Positions 7,393 through 15,045 of a stretch of DNA of 42,539 nt are shown one piece after another. Each line of letters begins with the position of its first letter. Within the stretch, counting starts at the first letter, position 1. A program made the position numbers and the translations under genes. The DNA is from a virus (Duplodnaviria; Caudoviricetes), in the IMG/VR virus record IMGVR_UViG_3300022538_000060, positions 1 through 42,539 of that record; one strand, given 5' to 3'. Below the pieces are notes generated by a model that was not told the DNA's origin, made no database searches, and saw only the letters and a list, made by a program, of their open reading frames with translations.

Positions 7393-7528
7393 CTGTTTCC
7401 TCCTCTTCTACTTCACCTTGGCTTTCACAAAACTCACAGTTAGCAAACTGTTCTTCTCGTGCTTGTTCGTAAGGTACACGAACAAATCCATTACCATTGC
7501 ATACTTTGCAGATAATCTTTGTTTTCAT
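7373..7528 (-). CDS. small zinc-finger protein, DnaJ-type CxxCxGxG (51 aa, not in ORF track)
   Basis: GGAGG SD; CKVCNGNG...CEFCESQG. Confidence 0.7.
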   Translation of the reverse strand: MKTKIICKVCNGNGFVRVPYEQAREEQFANCEFCESQGEVEEEETDDTTKQ

Positions 7529-7808
7529 TTTTTGCCTCCTCTAAATATTTCTTAACTTTCATTCTTACATACTCATGGTCAAAACCTGCGTACTGACATA
7601 CTAAAATAAAATCTCGATTAGGACTTAAAAAATATGAACGTCCACTATCAACTCTATTTTTTTTACTTACACCACAATCGTTCATGCCTTTTCCTATAGC
7701 GTCTTCTAAAGCTGCAATCAAAACGTTACGCCAAAGATTACGATAAGCATCTTTAGTTTCACCAAAAAAATTAACGGCTCTTGGAAATACGCTTTGTGAT
7801 TTTGCCAT
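7491..7808 (-). CDS. hypothetical phage protein
   Basis: LW..VL..A.EDA...DF..VC..AG.D pattern. Confidence 0.7.
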   Translation of the reverse strand: MAKSQSVFPRAVNFFGETKDAYRNLWRNVLIAALEDAIGKGMNDCGVSKKNRVDSGRSYFLSPNRDFILVCQYAGFDHEYVRMKVKKYLEEAKNENKDYLQSMQW

Positions 7809-7959
7809 TTAACTTTTTCGCTTTCTCGTCTACTAACATTCTAATCACTTGCGCTCTTGATAGGGTGATCCCTGGTGCAAGGACCTTGGTCATCTTATCA
7901 ATCTTATCATAGCAGGCATGATCGACTGCGAGACTTTTGTATTTGCTTATATCTGTCAT
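7771..7959 (-). CDS. ribbon-helix-helix-like DNA-binding protein
   Basis: Start at 7959 (GAAAGGA SD); KSLAV strand, helix, SRAQVIR.LV helix. Confidence 0.6.
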   Translation of the reverse strand: MTDISKYKSLAVDHACYDKIDKMTKVLAPGITLSRAQVIRMLVDEKAKKLNGKITKRISKSR

Positions 7960-8024
7960 ATAGTATATCCTTTCATTAATATCTAATGATATAGGATTAT
8001 TATATAATTTTACAAGAGCTGTCA

Positions 8025-8294
8025 ATGAAATTTTTATTAACAATATATGTGTGTACTATTGCCGCTAATCAATGTTTTCTCGTTCCAAGTGAAATATACA
8101 CCTATCAAAAAAGCCATGATACGTTTGATAAATGTATCAAAGATGGTCTAGGAGAATCTTATGAGATATTCTTTAATGGTGATATATTAAAAATAGATCA
8201 AATAAATCAATACACATATTACCCTAGATTTACTTGCGAATCCTATACCCCTCAGTCGGCTCCGGAAGCCGTGGAACCGAGCGAACCAACTTAA
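8025..8294 (+). CDS. small Cys-containing, possibly exported protein
   Basis: Hydrophobic N-terminus, four Cys; divergent from the RHH-like gene. Confidence 0.6.
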   Translation: MKFLLTIYVCTIAANQCFLVPSEIYTYQKSHDTFDKCIKDGLGESYEIFFNGDILKIDQINQYTYYPRFTCESYTPQSAPEAVEPSEPT

Positions 8295-8400
8295 ACCATT
8301 GATCCCTGATGCCTGGGTCCCGAGTCCTGTTCCACTCGTTCGTTAGTTCGTCCAACTCTTCCGTTAGTTTTCTTATAAAGACTTCTGCTCCTGTAGTCAT
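8230..8400 (-). CDS. small hypothetical protein (56 aa, not in ORF track)
   Basis: ATGA overlap; MTTGAEVFIRKLTEELDELTNEWNRTRDPGIRDQWFKLVR... Confidence 0.55.
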   Translation of the reverse strand: MTTGAEVFIRKLTEELDELTNEWNRTRDPGIRDQWFKLVRSVPRLPEPTEGYRIRK

Positions 8401-9005
8401 TTTTTATTTTTTTCGATCCAATCTTTTTCTAATTTTTCATAACTGAAAGCATTTTCGTTATCTATATTAAATATTAAACTATACCTGTTGTTTTCTCCTT
8501 GGTATTTATCGAAACCATGCAATATGCTAGGAGGAAATATATAATAATCACCAGGTTCTGGAGTTATTTTCAAATTTAATTCTGGCAACATTAAATCACA
8601 TCCTTTTGTTAAATATAATATACCATGTATACAATTATGATCATGGTAATTTAAACTATCTCCTGGTTTTATTTCATTACCCCAAGCGTTTCTAACAGTT
8701 TTTCTTTGTATAAAATGTCTAAAAATATTAGGATGTGTAATTTGATACTTGTTTATTAAATGTGTCATGAAATTAATAAATTCAGGTTTATCTAAAAAAT
8801 AACACCAATCAGTCATACCTCCTTTTACGTTGGTATAATTTTCCATTTTAGGATCTAAATTATGTTTTATATCCATAATAAATTTATGTATTACTTCTGG
8901 ATAAGGGTAATTACCACATATTATATTTACATTTCTAGTATAACTTATATTTAAACTATTTCTGTTTTCGTTTAATTGATCATTTTTATTAATAAAATTA
9001 ATCAT
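8397..9005 (-). CDS. 2OG-Fe(II) oxygenase-like protein (HxH type)
   Basis: AWGN, YHDH, GILYL, FP....HG, RYSLIFN. Confidence 0.8.
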   Translation of the reverse strand: MINFINKNDQLNENRNSLNISYTRNVNIICGNYPYPEVIHKFIMDIKHNLDPKMENYTNVKGGMTDWCYFLDKPEFINFMTHLINKYQITHPNIFRHFIQRKTVRNAWGNEIKPGDSLNYHDHNCIHGILYLTKGCDLMLPELNLKITPEPGDYYIFPPSILHGFDKYQGENNRYSLIFNIDNENAFSYEKLEKDWIEKNKK

Positions 9006-9667
9006 ACAAAAATAACTTGGTTCTTTCTAAATTTATTTTTAAATCTATGTTCATTATAAGCTAAACCATGATAGATGTCTGCTCTAAATATTACTAATTT
9101 ATTATACTCTGCTTTTATATTTTGTAATAATCTATATTTATTTTTATTTTGCCAAGGATGTGAATGTTCAGCTTCTTTATCATTTTCATCATGTTTTAAT
9201 TTAACATAAATATTAGTCCCATCACATGAATCTTTGTTTAAATATATTATACAGTTATAAGAATAAGGCGGTGAATCTGTATGAGGCCACCAATAATTAT
9301 TTTTAAACTCATCTTTTATATTAAAGAATTTTGTAAAATTAGTTATAACTCTTCCTTCAATTTCTGTTGAATCTTTTTTTAAAAAATCGTAAATTTTTTT
9401 TTCAGTTTTTTTAAAATCTTCCGATATAAATACATGTCTACAATCAATAAAATCTACTGTATTCAAAGAATTTTTTTCTCCCCATTTATGTATGTGAAGT
9501 GGTTTCTCATATAACAAATTACAAATTTCTTCTGGATTTTTATAAAAGTTTTTCATTTCATAACAAAAATTATTTTTTATTAAGTTATCTAAGGAATTAA
9601 TTTCAAATAAAGATTTAAGCTTTTCCTTGTCCTTTGTAACGTCTAGTTCTTTTCTGTCTTTTTTCAT
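9002..9667 (-). CDS. 2OG-Fe(II) oxygenase-like protein (DUF6445-like); true start may be downstream
   Basis: NFY.NP, PHTD, IYLN...GT, YNKLVIF....YHG, R..QV.F. Confidence 0.75.
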   Translation of the reverse strand: MKKDRKELDVTKDKEKLKSLFEINSLDNLIKNNFCYEMKNFYKNPEEICNLLYEKPLHIHKWGEKNSLNTVDFIDCRHVFISEDFKKTEKKIYDFLKKDSTEIEGRVITNFTKFFNIKDEFKNNYWWPHTDSPPYSYNCIIYLNKDSCDGTNIYVKLKHDENDKEAEHSHPWQNKNKYRLLQNIKAEYNKLVIFRADIYHGLAYNEHRFKNKFRKNQVIFV

Positions 9668-9752
9668 GTTTATTCATTGATTTCTTATGTTGCCGTGGTC
9701 CTCGTTTACGAGGCTTGTCTCTTACAACATGATCTTTAAATTTTTTAGCCAT
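9615..9752 (-). CDS. small very basic protein (45 aa, not in ORF track)
   Basis: MAKKFKDHVVRDKPRKRGPRQHKKSMNKHEKRQKRTRRYKGQGKA. Confidence 0.65.
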   Translation of the reverse strand: MAKKFKDHVVRDKPRKRGPRQHKKSMNKHEKRQKRTRRYKGQGKA

Positions 9753-10224
9753 AATTTACTTTCGTATTAAAAGATATTATTAATCTGTTTTCATTTGATT
9801 GTATAGGTTTTACTTCATGGGGTATCCAAGACGGAAACAAAATCATTTTATTATTTTCAAATTTTTCACAATAATGACCAAAATTTCTATCATAAAAAAT
9901 AGTTGGAGTTTCACCTTTAACATAAATTATTCCTGAATAATCTGATCCCGAATGTATGTGTACACCGTGATAATCATTACTATTATATAATTGAGCCCAG
10001 TTATTTGTTAAAATTAATTTTTTTCTATTTAAAATAGATATTACTTGTTTTCTTAAATTTTTTAAAATAGGAAAATTTAAAACATTTAAAGATTGAAAAG
10101 TTGTTTTTTGCTCTGGTGTATTTTTAGATTTTACCAATATTGAAATTTGATTGATCTCTTCTTCTGATATTTTTAAATTATATTTGTAAAAAGAATTTTG
10201 TTTTTTAAACGGATCAAATTGCAT
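9745..10224 (-). CDS. 2OG-Fe(II) oxygenase-like protein (HxH type)
   Basis: WAQ.Y, HGVHIH, SGIIY, FPSWIPHEV, RLIISFN. Confidence 0.8.
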   Translation of the reverse strand: MQFDPFKKQNSFYKYNLKISEEEINQISILVKSKNTPEQKTTFQSLNVLNFPILKNLRKQVISILNRKKLILTNNWAQLYNSNDYHGVHIHSGSDYSGIIYVKGETPTIFYDRNFGHYCEKFENNKMILFPSWIPHEVKPIQSNENRLIISFNTKVNYG

Positions 10225-10440
10225 TTATTTAATATAATTATCTTTTATAAATTTCTTATCACTTTCACTTAAAGACATATATCGTATTCGTCCATTAATA
10301 TGCTGTTTGGTATCATGACCACAGTTGGTGCATCTATAAAAATCAGAAACGATTGCAACTAAAATTGCATCTTCTTCACACTCTTCACAGTGACCATGAA
10401 CAGTGTCTATCTTATGAAATACTTTAAATGATTTAGACAA
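10225..10440 (-). CDS. zinc-ribbon protein
   Basis: CEEC...CTNCG. Confidence 0.7.
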   Translation of the reverse strand: MSKSFKVFHKIDTVHGHCEECEEDAILVAIVSDFYRCTNCGHDTKQHINGRIRYMSLSESDKKFIKDNYIK

Positions 10441-10909
10441 GATCTACAGCCTTACCAATAATAGGTTTGTATTTTGTTTTACCATTTTCTTTGTAAGCTC
10501 TCATGTATTGACCTCTTGGTTGAAAAGGTATGTAGCTTGCATGTATCCACCCTGAGTTAGGTTCTCCGGGTGTATAGTATTCGAGTATCAATTGATCTGT
10601 TTCACAGTTCATCTTTACCCAGTCAGCAACTTCTGCATTATCAACACCTAACACTTCGAAGTCAACGGCCTCGGCTTTTGAATGTTGGCTGGTCAAACTC
10701 GATCCTATGGCTACACACAACTCAGGTGAACGATAGCCGCTCGTCACCTTCACCCTACCAAATTGATCACGTACCGGCTGTAAAATTTTTTCACAAAGTG
10801 TTTTTAATTTATCTATTTGATCTGCATTAGGTTCGTTGTCGATACCTTTACGTATTGCAGTATCTGATTTAGTTAGTTCTTGTAAGCTGAAGTTACGAGT
10901 AAGTTTCAT
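10433..10909 (-). CDS. endolysin, peptidase M15A family
   Basis: NFSL.E, SGYR, SQH....AVD, WIH Zn-binding motifs. Confidence 0.85.
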   Translation of the reverse strand: MKLTRNFSLQELTKSDTAIRKGIDNEPNADQIDKLKTLCEKILQPVRDQFGRVKVTSGYRSPELCVAIGSSLTSQHSKAEAVDFEVLGVDNAEVADWVKMNCETDQLILEYYTPGEPNSGWIHASYIPFQPRGQYMRAYKENGKTKYKPIIGKAVDLV

Positions 10910-11121
10910 TATTTTAATATTAACTTTTTAATAGATAAAGATCCATCTATATTTACTTCTAGTTCTGCCTCGGATTTTACACATGCGTATCTTATATTAT
11001 CAGATACACCACGTCTTGCTTTACGAGCTCCCTCTAGACATGCTTTTAATCCAGGTTGGATACGTGCCTCTTTTATTTCTCCATTAACCATCATTAATAA
11101 AGCTACTACTACTTCAATCAT
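10909..11121 (-). CDS. small hydrophobic-start protein in the lysis region
   Basis: MIEVVVALLM..., two Cys; coupled to the endolysin. Confidence 0.6.
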   Translation of the reverse strand: MIEVVVALLMMVNGEIKEARIQPGLKACLEGARKARRGVSDNIRYACVKSEAELEVNIDGSLSIKKLILK

Positions 11122-11479
11122 GTCCGCTACCATTTGCTCTAACTTTGTCTTTTAATTCTTCTAAATCTGCTAAAGCCTTTTCTAATTGTTTTTGAGTAAA
11201 TTCTATATTAACTTTATTAGTCATGTTTTGTTCTTGTGTTTCAGTTAATTTTTCAACATCTCCGAACAAAGCTTCGATTAACATGAATTGTTCTTGATCT
11301 GTTGGTAGTTGTTCACTTTTTTTAAGTAGATCTGCTTGAAATAATTCTCTTGATGTCTCTAAAGAAGTAAGTCGTGCTGTAACTTCTGTATACGCAAAAA
11401 CACCCATGGCAACGGCTACAATGATACCAATCATATTTTTAACTGGCATTGCTACTGAGGTGTTTTCACTAATTTTCAT
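11114..11479 (-). CDS. membrane-anchored coiled-coil protein (spanin/holin-like candidate)
   Basis: One N-terminal TM helix then coiled coil; next to the endolysin. Confidence 0.6.
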   Translation of the reverse strand: MKISENTSVAMPVKNMIGIIVAVAMGVFAYTEVTARLTSLETSRELFQADLLKKSEQLPTDQEQFMLIEALFGDVEKLTETQEQNMTNKVNIEFTQKQLEKALADLEELKDKVRANGSGHD

Positions 11480-11485
11480 ATAATT

Positions 11486-11563
11486 TTATTGTGCGTTTGG
11501 ACCTCCACAGAAAGCCAGAATGACTAGCATTACAATTAACAAACCTGTAAAATAATAATTCAT
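11486..11563 (-). CDS. hydrophobic micro-peptide (25 aa)
   Basis: GGAGG SD; MNYYFTGLLIVMLVILAFCGGPNAQ. Confidence 0.5.
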   Translation of the reverse strand: MNYYFTGLLIVMLVILAFCGGPNAQ

Positions 11564-11582
11564 TCTGGCTACCTCCATAAAA

Positions 11583-11633
11583 TTATACTAATCCTATCCA
11601 GCTTTTAATTTTTTTCCAAATTTTTTTAATCAT
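11583..11633 (-). CDS. cationic amphipathic micro-peptide (16 aa)
   Basis: GAGG SD, overlaps the upstream stop; MIKKIWKKIKSWIGLV. Confidence 0.45.
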   Translation of the reverse strand: MIKKIWKKIKSWIGLV

Positions 11634-12273
11634 TTTTTTTATCCTCAATGTTATAGAACATTCTATCTGAATCTTCAGTAACCCAGTCTCCATCTTCAGC
11701 GTCCCAGTAAGTATTTTGTACCTTATAGTCAGGCCAATCATTATCTGTGGTGTAGCTGTTAACATGCCAAATTATTCTATTGTTTGGCTGAGCTGCATAA
11801 TTGCCATTCTTTAGGGCCATTATGTGTGCACACTTGTGCTCTTGAGGAATCTCAGAATGTTCCGTGTCCAATATGTTAACATCTGGATGGGCCCAGTCAA
11901 TAGTAAAAAGATATTTGCCGTGGTAAAATTTTTTGTCTCTTCCTAAATATTTTCCATTTATACCATCCAACCAATCAAAGCAAGTAACAGCAGGATGATA
12001 ACTAAAACTGTTCCACAACTCAAGTTCGTCGACAGACATATCTGGCACGTCCTTTCGTTCAAACTCTTTTTGAAAAAATGCTGATATAGGCAGGCGCCAA
12101 AAGCACGCACCGTTGGGTAACATAATGTTAAATAATAATGCACGACCTGAAATGGAAGTAACACCAAAGATAACACAGTCACCAGACTCTCCTTTATGTT
12201 CTTCAAGGTCATATAAATATTCTCTTCTTATCTTACAGTAGATAGGTGGTATGTTTGCATTTAAATAAGCCAT
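11626..12273 (-). CDS. hypothetical phage protein (MAYLNANIPP...)
   Basis: Long ORF with EHKCAH and QPNNR motifs; function unknown. Confidence 0.8.
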   Translation of the reverse strand: MAYLNANIPPIYCKIRREYLYDLEEHKGESGDCVIFGVTSISGRALLFNIMLPNGACFWRLPISAFFQKEFERKDVPDMSVDELELWNSFSYHPAVTCFDWLDGINGKYLGRDKKFYHGKYLFTIDWAHPDVNILDTEHSEIPQEHKCAHIMALKNGNYAAQPNNRIIWHVNSYTTDNDWPDYKVQNTYWDAEDGDWVTEDSDRMFYNIEDKKND

Positions 12274-12282
12274 AGTTTATCA

Positions 12283-12762
12283 TTATCTCCACCAAAATAT
12301 TAATGTTTTTCTATCATTTTTTAAAACTCTTTTTACACCATGATAAATCGTTTGACCATTAAAAAATGTCAACATACCTTTTTTTGGTTTTATACTTATA
12401 CCATATTTAGTAAAGAATTGTCCATCATCAAAATTTTCATTCAAATAAATTAAACTGTTATAAACTATATTTTCTCGTCCATTATGATCATGAATATGTA
12501 ATCCAGAAAAAGAATTAACATGATGATTTTGTATCTCTGCTTGATGAACAACCAAATTAAAATTAAATTGTTTATTAATAAATTTAGTAATTTTTTCTAC
12601 AATAGGATCTTTAGTTATATCAATACTTCTAACATGCCACGGTAATACATTTTCCACATAACCTATGTCACGTATTTTTTTAAAGTATTCGTCGCATTCT
12701 TTTTCTGATAAAAAATTTTCTTGAACAAATACAGTATCACTACCCGATTTAAGTTCTTTCAT
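12283..12762 (-). CDS. 2OG-Fe(II) oxygenase (prolyl 4-hydroxylase-like)
   Basis: NFLS..EC, LHIHD, IYLN.NF..G, PKKG.L.FF....HGV, RKTL..W. Confidence 0.8.
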   Translation of the reverse strand: MKELKSGSDTVFVQENFLSEKECDEYFKKIRDIGYVENVLPWHVRSIDITKDPIVEKITKFINKQFNFNLVVHQAEIQNHHVNSFSGLHIHDHNGRENIVYNSLIYLNENFDDGQFFTKYGISIKPKKGMLTFFNGQTIYHGVKRVLKNDRKTLIFWWR

Positions 12763-12767
12763 ACATA

Positions 12768-14705
12768 TTATTTAATTTCGCCCCAGTTAGGACCAGATTC
12801 ATAGTCTACTTTATTTGGTATCTTTAAGTCAACTGCATTTTCCATCACATCTTTAATTTTAGCAGCTTCTAAATCATTGATGACTGATATATCTAATTCA
12901 TCATGTACTTGTATATGTGGTGTAATACCTTCTTTATATAATTCTAACATTGCTTTCTTTGTCATGTCAGCGGCTGAACCTTGTATTAATTTATTTAAAG
13001 CTTTGTATGTAAAAGCCCTACGAGTTGGATTGTTATGCCAATAATTTTTTTGAGGATTACCATCTTTGTCTTTTAAAATTTCTCCTTCATCGTCTTTTAA
13101 ATATGGTCCCATCTTTTGTAGATCCTGCATACGTTCTTCGTCTTCAGGTGGTATGTATTTACCCCAGTCACTGCCACGTAGTATCGGTTCGTATTTAGGA
13201 AATCGACATCGTCTACCCAACAAAGTTTTAATCTGTCCTTTGTTAGCCGCAGCTTTCATAACTTCATTCATTAATTGTTTTACGAACGGAACTCTTGAGT
13301 GATACTTATCAAATAATTCCTCTGCTTTAAATTTAGATACACCTAACTCTGCTTGTAGTTTAGCTTTACCCATACCATAAAACAAACCAAGATTAATTAC
13401 TTTAGCTTGTGATCTAGGTATCTCTGCCATCTCTGCAACTATTTTGTGAAAGTCTGTTGACGAATCTGTGTCATAAGAATCTGCAATTGTATTTACAGAA
13501 GGCAAACCATAACGTAGTGCATAGTGTGCAACAAGTCTTGGTTCCTGTTGCGAGTAGTCAAAACAACCCCACTTGCAACCTTCTTCAGGTATAAATAAAC
13601 TTCTAATCATAGGACCTAAAACAGGATCACGCGCAGGTATTTGTTGTAAGTTTGGATTAGAGTATGAGAAACGTCCAGTAATTGTACCTCCATCATCAGA
13701 TCTAATTTGATTTATTTCTGCGTGAATTCTACCTTTGTGTTCGTGTTTTAAAATTGTATCTATAAAAGTTGTATTAACCTTGTTTATTTTTCTAGCTTCT
13801 GCTATCTTTTGAATTACAGGATGTTCATGATTCGAAAGGAAATTTTTAGTAAATGAAGGCGCACCAGTTTTCTCAGTTGTTTCAAAAGGTAGTTTCAAAT
13901 GTTCAAAAACTTTTTGAATGCTACGTGCGGCCCATATTTGAGTTTCTACTCCTGTCTCTATTTTTACTTGGTGGATTAATCGTTCTTCTTTTGTTGTTAA
14001 TTCTTTCTTTAATTGATTCGCTCTTGTCACGTCTACCCGCACCCCTAGGAAACGCATATCAACTAGGCAAGGGAAAAGATCAGTCTCAAGATTAAAAATT
14101 TCTTCAAGATCATTTTCAATAATTAATTTTTTTACATGCTGCCAAAGTTTAAAAGTTAGCTCTGCATCTTTTTCAGCATACGCTCCAACTTCGTGCGCAG
14201 GTAATCTCCACATGTCTGCTTTAGGATCTAACCCTCTAGACTTTGCAGCTTCGTTAAGTGCTCTCTCATTTTTACCTTCGTTTAAAAAATGCCAAGACAA
14301 AGTATTGAGTGTATATGAAAATCTATTTTCATCTAATAGTGAGCAGGCGATCATTGTGTCCACTAGTAAACCATTGATATTAAACCCTAAATTACGTATC
14401 CAAGATACGTCATACATAGCGTTATGAAATATTTTTGTAGCAGGACAATCAAGAATATCTTTGAACCATTCAAGAGTTCTAACTCTATCCATGTTAGGTC
14501 CTTCTTGATGAGCTATAGGAAAATACCATTTGTCATTGTACGTAGCTACAGCTATACCTACAATTTCTCCATTACCTACAACTGCACCAGATCCCTTTGA
14601 TTTTAAATCTGGATCTCTTGTTTCCAAATCAATTGCAATCTCATCATAAGATCTAAGATCCGGATACTCTGTAGGTTGAACCCATTCTGTCTGTGGTAGA
14701 ATCAT
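12768..14705 (-). CDS. polA: DNA polymerase family A with 3'-5' exonuclease domain
   Basis: ExoI DLET, ExoII HNAMYD, ExoIII YAEKD; motif A DYSQQE, B RSQAKVINLGLFYG, C VHDE; start at 14705 by ATGA overlap. Confidence 0.95.
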   Translation of the reverse strand: MILPQTEWVQPTEYPDLRSYDEIAIDLETRDPDLKSKGSGAVVGNGEIVGIAVATYNDKWYFPIAHQEGPNMDRVRTLEWFKDILDCPATKIFHNAMYDVSWIRNLGFNINGLLVDTMIACSLLDENRFSYTLNTLSWHFLNEGKNERALNEAAKSRGLDPKADMWRLPAHEVGAYAEKDAELTFKLWQHVKKLIIENDLEEIFNLETDLFPCLVDMRFLGVRVDVTRANQLKKELTTKEERLIHQVKIETGVETQIWAARSIQKVFEHLKLPFETTEKTGAPSFTKNFLSNHEHPVIQKIAEARKINKVNTTFIDTILKHEHKGRIHAEINQIRSDDGGTITGRFSYSNPNLQQIPARDPVLGPMIRSLFIPEEGCKWGCFDYSQQEPRLVAHYALRYGLPSVNTIADSYDTDSSTDFHKIVAEMAEIPRSQAKVINLGLFYGMGKAKLQAELGVSKFKAEELFDKYHSRVPFVKQLMNEVMKAAANKGQIKTLLGRRCRFPKYEPILRGSDWGKYIPPEDEERMQDLQKMGPYLKDDEGEILKDKDGNPQKNYWHNNPTRRAFTYKALNKLIQGSAADMTKKAMLELYKEGITPHIQVHDELDISVINDLEAAKIKDVMENAVDLKIPNKVDYESGPNWGEIK

Positions 14706-14800
14706 TTTAAATTTTTTAAGACAATGTAAACTATAGTAAGGCCAATAATTAAACAAACCATACTATAACCAAACATACCTAATCCAAAACCAATTGTCAT
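14702..14800 (-). CDS. single-TM micro-protein (32 aa, not in ORF track)
   Basis: ATGA overlaps on both sides; MTIGFGLGMFGYSMVCLIIGLTIVYIVLKNLK. Confidence 0.55.
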   Translation of the reverse strand: MTIGFGLGMFGYSMVCLIIGLTIVYIVLKNLK

Positions 14801-15045
14801 CTTTTTTTCTCCATATCCTTCATTTTAAGTAGTTCTAATTGACAGTAGTGCACTATTTTTTTAATGTCCTCTGCCCCTCCTTTTCTTTGATAACGACAAA
14901 CGTATTTTATAACGTTGCCTTGAAAGAACGATAGATCGTTTTTAGAAATAAACTCGTAAGGTTGAATGGGAAACTTAGTGTAGTGATTCCCGCCGACCTG
15001 AGTATATTGTGGAAACGCCTCGTCCAATATATTTTTATCTGTCAT
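14797..15045 (-). CDS. DUF3310-family protein (T7 gp1.7-like putative nucleotide kinase)
   Basis: QVGG.HY, GNVIKYV.R...KGG.ED..K..HY. Confidence 0.8.
   Translation of the reverse strand: MTDKNILDEAFPQYTQVGGNHYTKFPIQPYEFISKNDLSFFQGNVIKYVCRYQRKGGAEDIKKIVHYCQLELLKMKDMEKKR

Noticed and set aside
6625-7555. Plus-strand ORFs 6625-6993 and 7070-7555
   Set aside because: Antisense to well-supported, translationally coupled minus-strand genes
13020-13200. Intein or intron in polA
   Set aside because: The extra segment is in frame, short, and lacks intein C/S...HN ends and group I intron features
14706-14756. N-terminal extension of PolA given in the ORF track
   Set aside because: Overlaps a coupled 32-aa TM ORF; the ATGA junction supports a start at 14705
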